Shown here piece after piece: positions 44,126 through 56,204 of a stretch of DNA of 64,000 nt. Each line of letters opens with the position of its first letter. Within the stretch, counting starts at the first letter, position 1. Under the pieces are notes generated by a model. The model searched no databases. It saw only the letters and a list, made by a program, of their open reading frames with translations, and was not told the origin of the DNA. This stretch comes from Deltaproteobacteria bacterium (GTDB lineage: Bacteria > JADJOY01), in assembly GCA_016713535.1 (NCBI GenBank), contig JADJOY010000017.1:34436-98435 (forward strand), in the 5' to 3' direction. The translations under genes were made by a program, and so were the position numbers.

Positions 44126-45010
44126 TCAGCCGCCGGCAAGGATGCAGTCGGCACCGTTCGACGAGGCGCCGATGGTGTTGATGACGGCGAATCCGCCTCC
44201 GGTCGGTGCGGCCGTGAGCGTCGGGTCCGCCAGGCTGACGCTGACTTCGCCGGCCGTGGTGCCCGTGAGCGACGAGGTGATCGTCATGTCACCCACCGTG
44301 CCGGTCCCGGGCAGCGGACCGAACACCGTCGCGATCGTGGGGCCGGAAGCCGCGGCGACACCGCCGAAGCCCACGCCGACCTGCCCGCCCGCGAGGTTCG
44401 CATCGGCCTCCTTGTAGGGCGCCGTGATGGCGAGCTGGTAGCCACCACCGGAGAGTGGGTTCACGACGCAGCTCGTCGGTGCGCCGAGCGCTGGGCCGCA
44501 CGCGCCGGGGCCGTTCGGGCACTTGTAGTCGTCGTAGTTCGAGCCGCCGGGCAGTCGCCTCGCGACGAAGTATCGCGCGCCGTCCTCCAGCACGAGCGTG
44601 CCTTCGATGCCGTCCGGGGGCTCGAGGTCGCCGGCGGAGGAGTAGGCCTGGCCGACCAGCGTTCCCGTTTTCCCGGGATCGTCGACGCTCGCGACGGTGG
44701 TCGAGAACGTCCAGTCGAGCTGCCACGCGGCATCGGCGATCGCGAAGTGCCCGCTCGGGAACGTTCCGCCGGCCGGATAGAGCCACAGGCGCGAGTCGGC
44801 CAGCTTGTTGAGGTGCGGCACCACGCAGTAGAGGTGCCCCGCATCCCAGATCAGGCACGCATTCTGGACGTACAGCTCGACGTCCTCCGTCGCACCTTTG
44901 CCCAGGTACCAGCCCTGGCGGTCGGTGCCGCAGCCGGCTCCCAGCGCGGCTGCGATGCCGAGAGTCAGCACGATGGCGAAGCGGAATCGAACGATCGTCG
45001 CGGTCTTCAT
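44126..45010 (-). CDS. hypothetical lipoprotein
   Basis: Start ATG 45010 with AAGGGGGG RBS; MKTATIVRFRFAIVLTLGIAAALGAGC lipobox; sits 20 nt upstream of argH on the same strand. Confidence 0.55.
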   Translation of the reverse strand: MKTATIVRFRFAIVLTLGIAAALGAGCGTDRQGWYLGKGATEDVELYVQNACLIWDAGHLYCVVPHLNKLADSRLWLYPAGGTFPSGHFAIADAAWQLDWTFSTTVASVDDPGKTGTLVGQAYSSAGDLEPPDGIEGTLVLEDGARYFVARRLPGGSNYDDYKCPNGPGACGPALGAPTSCVVNPLSGGGYQLAITAPYKEADANLAGGQVGVGFGGVAAASGPTIATVFGPLPGTGTVGDMTITSSLTGTTAGEVSVSLADPTLTAAPTGGGFAVINTIGASSNGADCILAGG

Positions 45011-45234
45011 CTCGTCGCCCCCCTTGCCGACGTGGCGCGTCCGCACCCCGCGTGCGGGACCCCATCGTGAACGATTGGAGTGCATGCGAGGTGCCGGGAA
45101 GAAACCCGCGCAATGCGCAGTCATCCCGCGATCACCGATGGCGGTTCGGGACGTGCCGGTGACGTCCCCGCCCGGTCCGTGACCCGTGGCGGTCACGTTC
45201 GGGGCTCGCGCGGCGGTCGTTCACTCCCGGGCGC

Positions 45235-46638
45235 TCAACGGCCCGTCGCACGGTTCGGTTCGAAGAGCTCGGGAAACGACCGGCGCAGGAACACGCTCTC
45301 GAGCACGCCATCCGGATCGACGCGGCGCTTGACCGCGGCGTAGGCGTCGAGCCCGTCGCGGTAGGTCCGCGCCAGGTTCTCCGCGCTCGCGAAGACGTTC
45401 TTCACGAGGTGGGTGCGCCCGCCGAGGGATTCGACGTCGTCGGCGAGCGCGCCGAGGACCCGCGCGGCGCGCGGCGTGTCGAACGGTCCCTCGAAGCTGA
45501 ACGTGCACGCGTAGCCCGAGCCGGCTCGCGACGACGATAGGTGGAAAGGCTCGTCCCGGGGCAGCCACAAGAGATCGAGGAGCGCGATGTCGAGCCCCTC
45601 CCCGTGGATGCGTGCGCTGGCGTGGCGCAAGAACGGGGCGAGGTCCGCCGCGCGTGGCACCACGAACGTCTGCTGCATCGACCGGAACGGCACGCCGAAG
45701 CGGTCCGCGGCGCGCTTGGCGCGCAGGTGGCCGTCCATGAAGAACGTGTAACCGGCGAGGTCGTCGACGAACGGCGTGCGGTCCGCGCCGCGCATGTACA
45801 CGAGGTACGTGAAGTCCCAGAACGCCGCGGAGATCGCGTGCCAGCGGTTGACGCCCCACTCGATCGGCACCCGCACAGGGCTCGCGGGCTGGTGCGGCAG
45901 CATCGTCCGCAGCGTTCGCCCCTCCACCCACTCCGAGGTGATCTCGAGGGCGCGGATCCGATCGCGCTGCACCGCCACGATCGCGTAGACGGTGCGCTCA
46001 CCGGACGCGGCCGGCCGCAGCGCCTCGGCGAGGACCTCGAACGAGGCATGGCGCCTCACCGTGCTCGCCACGCACGCGCGCGGCGGCAGGCGGGTGGCCT
46101 GGTAGGTCGCCGAGATCACCACCCCCACGCCGCCCCAGCCGCCGATCGCCGCGTGGAAGAGGTCGGCGTCGTGCTCGCGACTGGCGCGCACCATCTCGCC
46201 GCCCGGGGTGAGCACGGTGAGCTCCCGGATCGACTTCCCCTCCTTGCCGTGCACGGGGGAGAAGCGTGACAGCGCGTTCGAGGCGAGGGTGCCGCCGACC
46301 GTCGCCGCCGAGGTCGTCACCGTCGCCGGCACGATCCAGTCGTGCGCGCGGAGGCGCTCGAGCACCGCGCCCCACCGTGCGCCCGGGCCGACGGTGAAGC
46401 GCCCGCTCGCGGCGTCGACGTCGATCGCGTCGAGGGCCTCGGTCGAGAGCGCGAGGTCGTCCCCGAGAGCGTGCGGGCCGAACGAGAGGCCGGCGCCGCG
46501 CGGCACCGCGCGGCGCCCCTCGCGACGCGCGCGCTCCAGCGCGACGGCGACGTCGTCCGGGGTGCGCGCGAGCACCAGCTCGGGGCGTGCGCGATCGAGG
46601 CCGGAGAAGCTCTTCAACTCGGTGGGGGGCGATCGCAT
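45235..46638 (-). CDS. FAD-binding oxidoreductase (FAD-linked oxidase / DprE1-like)
   Basis: FAD_binding_4 motifs (RGAGLSFG, GGWGGVGVV); start ATG 46638 chosen by alignment of the N-terminus with DprE1-type proteins. Confidence 0.75.
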   Translation of the reverse strand: MRSPPTELKSFSGLDRARPELVLARTPDDVAVALERARREGRRAVPRGAGLSFGPHALGDDLALSTEALDAIDVDAASGRFTVGPGARWGAVLERLRAHDWIVPATVTTSAATVGGTLASNALSRFSPVHGKEGKSIRELTVLTPGGEMVRASREHDADLFHAAIGGWGGVGVVISATYQATRLPPRACVASTVRRHASFEVLAEALRPAASGERTVYAIVAVQRDRIRALEITSEWVEGRTLRTMLPHQPASPVRVPIEWGVNRWHAISAAFWDFTYLVYMRGADRTPFVDDLAGYTFFMDGHLRAKRAADRFGVPFRSMQQTFVVPRAADLAPFLRHASARIHGEGLDIALLDLLWLPRDEPFHLSSSRAGSGYACTFSFEGPFDTPRAARVLGALADDVESLGGRTHLVKNVFASAENLARTYRDGLDAYAAVKRRVDPDGVLESVFLRRSFPELFEPNRATGR

Positions 46639-46744
46639 CGGTGAAGGGGATCCAACGGACGTCGAGTGAGGCGTCGGGCCGGGCGCGAGGGCGCCGAGAA
46701 TGGCACACGGATGTACCAGGAAGATCGGATCCGGATGCCGCTGG

Positions 46745-46760
46745 TGTGACACCTGTCACG
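46745..46760. promoter_or_regulatory. CRP/FNR-family-like site TGTGAcacctgTCACg in a divergent promoter region
   Basis: Matches TGTGA-N6-TCACA in 9/10 half-site positions; lies between the divergent FAD-oxidoreductase and MYXO-CTERM protein genes. Confidence 0.3.
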
Positions 46761-46927
46761 CGCCGCACGCCAATTGCCCAGGAATCGCGGCACTTCCGGT
46801 GATCTCGTCGCTCGAACGCGAGTTCGATGGCGCCCACCTCCGGACGGCTGCACCCTCATATGTGCCCGGGCCGCGTGGTGCGGCTCGCGGCAGCGGGCGC
46901 GGGACGCCCGCGACACGAGGGGACCAC

Positions 46928-49147
46928 ATGCGGATGAAGGGCCTTCGAGCACCAGCGTTCGGGATCGCCGCGCTGGTGGCGGGCGCCACGAGCGCGGGCG
47001 CGACCACGATCGTAGGGACGCTCAACAACTTCGACACGATCTGCGATCACCCGGAGCGCTGCTACGGCTTCGAGATCGAGATCGAGGACTGTCACTCGAC
47101 CGACGTCACCTACACCTACGACTGGAACCACTACGGCGCACCCGAGATCTCCGAGGACAACTCGAATCCCGCGCACCCGCGGGTGTTCGTCCGCTACCAC
47201 AGCCTGCGCGACGCCAACGGCAACTGGGGCGCCAACGGGACCTTCACCAACACCGGTATCCCTTCGATCACGCCGCCGGACGGCCACTCGTGCACGAACC
47301 CGGCGGTCAACGAGGGCTGCGAGCACTTCGGCGTCGGTTACTACGGCGTCGCGACCAACGTCCGCTACAACTGGCTGATCGTCGATGCCAACAACAACCT
47401 GGTGCCGACCGGCTCGCCGGTGAGCGTCAGCTCGCCGTCGTGGAACTACAACCCGGCCGCGGGAGGCCAGCCGGCGAACGTGGTGCCGGTGATCCCCGCG
47501 CCCGAGGAGCCGATCCCGCCCGCGAAGCGCTTCGGCGAGCCGAGCTTCGTGAAGGTCATCAAGACCACCACCCACAACCCAGCAGACGTCGCGCTCGGCG
47601 ATCTGATCTCGGACGACCGGGACGGCGATGGCGACGCCGACTGGCAGAACGGCGAGCCGGCCGAGGTCGAGTCCGAGTTCTACCTGCTGCAGACCAACGA
47701 CGGCGCGAACGCGAACAAGGAGGAGTTGGCGGGCGGCGCCGACGACATGGGCGACGGCTCGGAGACGGTCACTCGCCGCTACGAGTTCTACGAGTACGGG
47801 GCCGCGGTCGACACCATCGACGGCGAGACCGGCGAGGCGATGTGCGACGAGGTCCAGACCACCACCGACCCCAACGACCCGCTCTATCTCCACGGCGTGG
47901 GCACCGCCGTCGCGGTCACCGACGCCAACGGCGACACCTACTACGTCAACTGCGAAGCGCAGATCGTGGTTGGCAACTACATCGGCGCGCAGATGGCGGG
48001 CTTCGACGTCGAGGCGCCGCTCGGGCTCATCGATCACGTCCAGGCGGGCGAGAGCGGTGTCGACTACCTGCCGCGCACGGTCGTGGTCGGTGGCAACCGT
48101 CCGTACGCGATCGTGATCCAGAACGGCTCGCTGCCGCCGGGCCTCACCCTGGGCGACTACACCGATCCGGATGGCGGCGAGGTCTCGCCGGGCGTGCTCT
48201 TCGGCACGCCCTCCGCGGGGGGTGACTTCTCGTTCACCGTCCAGGCCACCGACGCCAGCAACACCGTCGTCTCGCAGGCTTACACGCTGCACGTGGTCGG
48301 CCCGCCGGGACAGCAGGTCGACCTCACCGTCGGGAAGGCGGGCACCGGCGCGGGCATCGTGTCGGGTAGCGGCCTCGACTGTGGCGCCACTTGCACGACG
48401 CAGATCGACGTTGGCACCCAGGTCTCGCTGGTGGCCACGCCGGATACCGCAACGGGCAGTCTGTTCGGCGGGTGGAGCGGGCCGTGCACCGGTACCGGGA
48501 TCTGCACCTTCACGATCACCGAGGCCACGACGGTCACGGCGACCTTCACTCAGGGCGCGGTGCTCACGGTGGTGAAGGACGGCACGGGCTCGGGAAGCGT
48601 CGCAGGCGGTCCGATCGACTGCGGCGCGACCTGCGCCGGTGTGGTCGAGCCGGGCACGGTGGTGACCCTGGTCGCGACCGCGGACGCGGGCTCGACCTTT
48701 GCGGGCTGGAGCGGCGGCGGTTGCGCCGGGACGGGATCGTGCCAGGTCACCATGGACGCGGCCCAGACGGTGACCGCGACCTTCGCCGCGAGCCCGTACG
48801 CCCTCACCGTGACCAAGTCGGGCAGCGGCACGGGCACCGTGGCGAGCAACCCGGCCGGCATCAACTGCGGAGGCTCGTGCGTGGCGAGCTTCCCGGCGGC
48901 CACCCTCGTGACGCTCACCGCGACTCCCGCAGCCGGCTCGACGTTCGGCGGCTGGAGCGGAGCCTGCACGGGCACCGGGAGCTGCAGCGTGACGATGGAC
49001 GCAGCGAAGAACGTCACGGCGACCTTCAAGGGCGCATGCGGCACGATCGGCTCGGCCGACGCGGCCGCGGGGCTCTTCGGCGCGCTGCTCGCGGCACCGG
49101 CGCTATTCCGGCGTCGCCGCGCTCGCGCCGGCGCACCGGCCGTCTGA
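46928..49147 (+). CDS. secreted protein with Asp/Gly-rich N-terminal domain, four ~85-aa InlB B-repeat-like Cys-containing repeats, and a MYXO-CTERM-like sorting tail
   Basis: Signal peptide MRMKGLRAPAFGIAALVAGATSAGA. Repeats G.G.G.V.S.P.GI.CG..C...G..VTL.A.P..GS.F.GWSG.C.GTG.C. C-terminus GACGTIGSADAAAGLFGALLAAPALFRRRRA. Confidence 0.75.
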   Translation: MRMKGLRAPAFGIAALVAGATSAGATTIVGTLNNFDTICDHPERCYGFEIEIEDCHSTDVTYTYDWNHYGAPEISEDNSNPAHPRVFVRYHSLRDANGNWGANGTFTNTGIPSITPPDGHSCTNPAVNEGCEHFGVGYYGVATNVRYNWLIVDANNNLVPTGSPVSVSSPSWNYNPAAGGQPANVVPVIPAPEEPIPPAKRFGEPSFVKVIKTTTHNPADVALGDLISDDRDGDGDADWQNGEPAEVESEFYLLQTNDGANANKEELAGGADDMGDGSETVTRRYEFYEYGAAVDTIDGETGEAMCDEVQTTTDPNDPLYLHGVGTAVAVTDANGDTYYVNCEAQIVVGNYIGAQMAGFDVEAPLGLIDHVQAGESGVDYLPRTVVVGGNRPYAIVIQNGSLPPGLTLGDYTDPDGGEVSPGVLFGTPSAGGDFSFTVQATDASNTVVSQAYTLHVVGPPGQQVDLTVGKAGTGAGIVSGSGLDCGATCTTQIDVGTQVSLVATPDTATGSLFGGWSGPCTGTGICTFTITEATTVTATFTQGAVLTVVKDGTGSGSVAGGPIDCGATCAGVVEPGTVVTLVATADAGSTFAGWSGGGCAGTGSCQVTMDAAQTVTATFAASPYALTVTKSGSGTGTVASNPAGINCGGSCVASFPAATLVTLTATPAAGSTFGGWSGACTGTGSCSVTMDAAKNVTATFKGACGTIGSADAAAGLFGALLAAPALFRRRRARAGAPAV

Positions 49148-49303
49148 TCCCTTCTCGTTCGTCCCCTCGGGGCCGGTGCCTGCCGCGTCGCGGTGGGTGC
49201 CGGCCCCTCCTCGTTCGAGGGGACGTGAGCGAGTGGTGCCCCGCGCGGCGTGGTCCCGCTGGGTCGATCCGTCGCTTATGGTGTGGCCCCGAGGAGGCCG
49301 ATC

Positions 49304-50284
49304 ATGAACGTGGACGAGCAGAAAGCGATCCTGACGCTGGCTCTGATGGCGGCGTTCGCCGATGGCGGTAACGACGAGAGCGAGCGCGACGCCCTCAAGG
49401 GCATCGCGGCGTCGCTCGCGGGCGAGGGGGCGACCTCGCTGCCCGCGGCCTACCAGGACGTGCTGATGAAGCGGGTCACCCGCGCCGACGTCGCGCGCGC
49501 GCTGACCTCGCCCGAGACGCGCCAGCTCGCCTTCGAGATGGCGGTGTGCGTGTGCGATGCGGACGGCGTCCAGTCGCCGGCCGAGCGAGCGTTCCTCGAC
49601 GGGCTACGCGCTGACCTCGGTCTCGATGCCGGTCAGGCCCAGGCGTTCGTCGAGCGCGCGGAGAGCCTCGCGGCGGCGGCGAGCGCGCCTGCAGCCGTCG
49701 CGTCGGGCGCGGTCGCGGCGGCGAGCCCCTCCATTCCGCGTGCGCCGCTCTCCGCACCTGGCGCGCCGAGCGAAGCGGAGATCGACCAGCGCATCCTCTC
49801 CGCCGCGATCCGTAACGGCGCCCTCGAGCTCCTGCCCGAGTCGCTCGCCACGATGGCGGTGATCCCGCTCCAGATGAAGCTGGTCCACGAGATCGGTCGC
49901 GCGTACGGCTACGACCTCGAGCGCGGTCAGCTCAAGGACCTGCTCGCGACGCTCGGAGTGGGGCTCACGTCGCAATACGTCGAGCAGGTGGGGCGCAAGC
50001 TCCTCGGTGGGATCCTGGGCGCCGTCGGCGGCGGGCTGTTGCGCGGGCTCGGCAAGCAGGCCGTCAGCTCGGGAATGGGCTTCGCCAGCACCTACGCGCT
50101 CGGTCACGTCGCGAAGCGCTACTATGCGGGCGGTCGCACGCTCTCGCCCGAGATGCTCAAGGAGACCTTCCAGACGATGCTCGGCGAGGCGAAGAACCTC
50201 CAGTCGCGCTACGCGGGCGACATGCAGGAGCAGGCGCGGAGCCTCGACACCCGCCAGCTCGTCGACCTGGTGCGGCGGGGCTGA
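49304..50284 (+). CDS. TerB-like (tellurite-resistance TerB N-terminal domain) protein with C-terminal conserved domain
   Basis: GAGGAGG RBS; ILTLALMAAFADGGNDESERDAL... TerB-like helices; A/P-rich linker. Confidence 0.65.
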   Translation: MNVDEQKAILTLALMAAFADGGNDESERDALKGIAASLAGEGATSLPAAYQDVLMKRVTRADVARALTSPETRQLAFEMAVCVCDADGVQSPAERAFLDGLRADLGLDAGQAQAFVERAESLAAAASAPAAVASGAVAAASPSIPRAPLSAPGAPSEAEIDQRILSAAIRNGALELLPESLATMAVIPLQMKLVHEIGRAYGYDLERGQLKDLLATLGVGLTSQYVEQVGRKLLGGILGAVGGGLLRGLGKQAVSSGMGFASTYALGHVAKRYYAGGRTLSPEMLKETFQTMLGEAKNLQSRYAGDMQEQARSLDTRQLVDLVRRG

Positions 50285-50362
50285 CCCGGGGCGAGCGTGC
50301 GCATCCCCGAGCCGCCCGCGCGAGCGGCCGGTGTCGAACCGATTCCGCGGGACGCCGGCGGC

Positions 50363-51514
50363 TCAGCCGGGCGCGGGCGCCGAGCGGCCCAGGGCGTCGG
50401 TCTTGGCCAGGCAGAGATCGTGGTTCGATTCGCTCGGTGGCTTGCACGTGGAGACCACCGCGAAGCCGCCGTCCCGGGTCTGGACGAGATCGGCGCCAGC
50501 GTAGCCGAGCGAGCCGCGGTCGAGCGTGGTCTCGACGATGCGGTTTCCGGCGGCATCGGCCACGAGCAGGTGCAGGGCGGAGTCCTTCGTGCCACCGAAC
50601 GCGAAACCTCCCTCCAGCGTGCTCGCCATCTCCCCGACGTTGAAGTCCGGGTCGCCGTAGCTGCGTCTCCACTCCTCGTCCCCGTGCGCGTCCGTGCGCA
50701 GTAGCACCGCGCCGAGATTGCCGGGCGCCGCGGCCGCCCCGATCGCGAAGCCTCCGTCGTCCGTCGCCACCACCGACGCTGCGGCGTACGTGGACGGGAA
50801 CCGCCGCTCCCACTGCAGGGCACCCGACCCGTCGACCTTCACGAGCCATGCTTGCGTGGAGCCGCCTCCGTCGGCCTGGCTTCCCACGAACACATAGCCG
50901 CCGTCCTGAGTCGCCACCACGTCGGCTAACCCGGGCTGATCTGGCCCACCGTAGTACTGGCGCCACTCCTCGCCGTACGACGCGTCCAGCTTGATCAGCA
51001 GCGCCCAGTGATCGAAGCCTTCGGGGGTCCCGGCGAGCAAGTTTCCAGCGAGGATCACGCCGTGGTCCGGCGTCGCTGCGAGGGCAACGACCTGCTCGAG
51101 GGCGGGCCCGGGATAGGTAAGGGATTCGACCTCGGCTCCGTCCTGTCCCACAGCGACGAGCCACGCGTCGCCTGCGTTCCCGGCCTCGACGCCGGCGACG
51201 AGCGCCCCTCCGTCGGACCGCAAGAGTGCGCTCTCGAACCCGTCGCTGCCGCCCGCGCCGAAGCTGCGTGACCAGCGCTCGAAACCCGCCCCGTCGGTTC
51301 GAAGCAGCAGCCCGTCGCCAGCGCCGACCCGACCACCGAACATCAGATCACCGTCGGGTGCCTCACGCACGAAGCGCGCGAGGTCGTTGCCGGCGCCGCC
51401 GTAGCGTTCGTGGAAGGTGGGTTGACATCCCCCCGCCGCGAGGACGAGTCCGACGAGCGCCACCACGCTCTTCGTCCGCGGATACGATCGACCGCTCGCT
51501 CGGGTCACTCGCAT
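50363..51514 (-). CDS. lipoprotein with repeated beta-propeller-like units
   Basis: Start ATG 51514 with GAGGAG RBS; lipobox LAAGGC; repeated GG.A.G...DG motifs about 40-50 aa apart. Confidence 0.6.
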   Translation of the reverse strand: MRVTRASGRSYPRTKSVVALVGLVLAAGGCQPTFHERYGGAGNDLARFVREAPDGDLMFGGRVGAGDGLLLRTDGAGFERWSRSFGAGGSDGFESALLRSDGGALVAGVEAGNAGDAWLVAVGQDGAEVESLTYPGPALEQVVALAATPDHGVILAGNLLAGTPEGFDHWALLIKLDASYGEEWRQYYGGPDQPGLADVVATQDGGYVFVGSQADGGGSTQAWLVKVDGSGALQWERRFPSTYAAASVVATDDGGFAIGAAAAPGNLGAVLLRTDAHGDEEWRRSYGDPDFNVGEMASTLEGGFAFGGTKDSALHLLVADAAGNRIVETTLDRGSLGYAGADLVQTRDGGFAVVSTCKPPSESNHDLCLAKTDALGRSAPAPG

Positions 51515-51632
51515 CACGGCCTTCTCCTCACGGGCCACTATCCGCCGCGCAGACCCCGATCCGCCACCCGGGGGTCTCCGCCGCGCCATCGGCGCCCACC
51601 GCGGGACGGGTGGGCCCGGAGCCGCTCGGGAA

Positions 51633-52850
<1,218 letters not shown>

Positions 52851-53035
52851 GGATTCACTCCTTGCATGGGACGGCGAGGTCGATCGCGCGGCTGCGTCGG
52901 GGCGAGCCTCGGGGTCCCGAGAAATCGGGCGGGGATGAACCCCGCCCCTACGTGCAACGACGGCGGCCCGGGGTAGGGGCGGGGCCCGTCCCCGCCCGCA
53001 GCGTTCGGTCCGGCGACGTCGCGGATTCGATCATC

Positions 53036-53977
53036 TCAACGGCTCGCCAGCTTCTTCTTCCACTCGGGTTCCGCCATCAGGAACTCGAGCAGCGCCTTCT
53101 GTGCGTGCAGGCGGTTCTCGGCCTGGTCGAAGATCACCGAGTGCGGTCCCTCCATCACGTCCTCGGTGATCTCCTCGCCGCGGTGCGCCGGCAGGCAGTG
53201 GAGCACGAGCGCCTCCGGATCCGCCAGCGCCACGAGCCTGGCGTCGAGCTGGTAGGGCGCGAGCGCCTCGAGCCGGTCGTCGCGCTCGGCCTCCTGCCCC
53301 ATGCTCACCCACACGTCGGTGCTGATGGCGTGAGCGCCGTTCACCGCCTCGAGCGGATCGCGGGTCACCACCACCCGGCTGCGCTGCTCGCGGTCGAGCT
53401 TGCTCAGCACCTCGTCGGAGGGCGCGTACGCCGGCGGCGTGGCGATGCGGAAGCGGAAGCCCAGCCTGGCACTCGCCAGGATCCACGAGTGGGCGACGTT
53501 GTTGCCGTCACCGACGTACGCGGCTTCGAGCCCGTCGAGGGTGCCGCGCTTCTCCAGGATGGTGAGCAGGTCGGCGAGGATCTGGCACGGGTGGAGGAGG
53601 TCGGAGAGCGCGTTGATGACCGGGATCGTCGACCACTCCGCGTACTCCTCGAGGATCGACTGCGATCCCGTGCGCAGCACGATCGCGTCGACGTAGCGCG
53701 ACAGCACCCGCGCCGTGTCCTTGACCGGCTCACCGCGGCCGATCTGGGTGACGCCGGGTGTGAGGAAGATGGTGTGCGCGCCGAGGTCGTATGCGCCAAC
53801 CTCGAAGGACACGCGGGTGCGCGTCGAGGACTTCTCGAAGAGCAGGCCGATCGCTTTCCCCTCGAGGATGCGGCTCCGGTAGATGCCGGGCCCCTTCTTC
53901 ATCTCGCGGGCGCGGTCGAGGACCGCGAGGATCTCCTCGCGGGTCAGGTCGAGCAGGCTGAGCAGGTGTCTCGGCAT
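53036..53977 (-). CDS. argF: ornithine carbamoyltransferase
   Basis: STRTR carbamoyl-phosphate motif, HPCQ, HCLP motifs; start ATG 53977. The ORF track fuses it to argD in another frame only because of the ATG choice. Confidence 0.9.
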   Translation of the reverse strand: MPRHLLSLLDLTREEILAVLDRAREMKKGPGIYRSRILEGKAIGLLFEKSSTRTRVSFEVGAYDLGAHTIFLTPGVTQIGRGEPVKDTARVLSRYVDAIVLRTGSQSILEEYAEWSTIPVINALSDLLHPCQILADLLTILEKRGTLDGLEAAYVGDGNNVAHSWILASARLGFRFRIATPPAYAPSDEVLSKLDREQRSRVVVTRDPLEAVNGAHAISTDVWVSMGQEAERDDRLEALAPYQLDARLVALADPEALVLHCLPAHRGEEITEDVMEGPHSVIFDQAENRLHAQKALLEFLMAEPEWKKKLASR

Positions 53978-53982
53978 GGCGG

Positions 53983-55217
<1,235 letters not shown>

Positions 55218-55221
<4 letters not shown>

Positions 55222-56075
55222 GGCGTGATGAGGGTCCCGATCCCGCGGTCGGTGAAGATCTCGAGCAGCACGGCGTGGGGTACGCGGCCGTCGATCACGT
55301 GGGCCTGGTGGACGCCGTCGGCGAGCGCCGCGAGGAGCTTGGGGATCATGCCGCCCTTCGCGGTGCCCTGGCTGATGAGCGCGCGTGCCTCGGACGCGGT
55401 GAGGTTCGTGATGCGCTTGCCCTCCGCGTCCTTGACGCCCTCGACGTCGGTGATGAGCACGAGCTTCTCGGCCTTGAGCGCCACCGCCAGCGCGCTGGCG
55501 AAAGTGTCCGCATTCAGGTTCAGCGTCTCGCCGTTCTCGCCGGCCGCCACCGGAGCGATCACCGGGATGAAGCCGGCCGCGTCGAGGTGATCGATCACGC
55601 TCGGGTCGACCGCCACCACCTCGCCGACCTGGCCCATGTCGCGCGGACCCGTCGAAGTCTGCTTGGGCGGCGCTCGACGCGCTCGCACCAGCCCGCCGTC
55701 CTTGCCCGATAGGCCGACCCCGCGGCCCCCCACGGACTGGATCTTCTGGACGATGGTCCGGTTCACGTGACCGACCAGGACCATCTCCACGACCTCGACC
55801 GCCTCGGCGCTGGTGACACGGATCCCGTCCACGAACTCGGACGGGATGGCGAGCTTCTCGAGCCAGTCGTTGATCTGGGGCCCACCGCCGTGCACCACCA
55901 CCGGCCGGATGCCGACGAGCTGCAGCAGCACCAGATCTTGGACGAATGCGTCCTTGAGCTCGGCATGGACCATCGCCGCGCCGCCGTACTTGATCACGAC
56001 GGTCTTGCCCGCGAAGCGCTGGATGTAAGGCAGCGCCTCGATGAGGACCTGCGCGCGTTCGATCAGTCGTTCCAT
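55218..56075 (-). CDS. argB: acetylglutamate kinase
   Basis: VIKYGGAAM ... GGGPQI ... amino-acid kinase family; 4-nt overlap with argD. Confidence 0.9.
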
Positions 56076-56204
56076 CTCGCTGGTCTCACGGGAGGGCGGT
56101 GCGGCCTCGTCGAGCGGGGGCTCGTCCCCGCAGGGGGCCCGGCGGGGGACTAGCCCCGCGCTACGGCGCGGCCGAACGGGCCGTCGTGTTCCTCGATTCG
56201 TGGC

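Noticed and set aside
45011-45234. GGCAC-N5-ATGC (minus strand) upstream of the lipoprotein-argH operon
   Set aside because: The -12 box is ATGC, not TTGC. I kept only motifs with an intact GG/GC pair plus the TTGC core.
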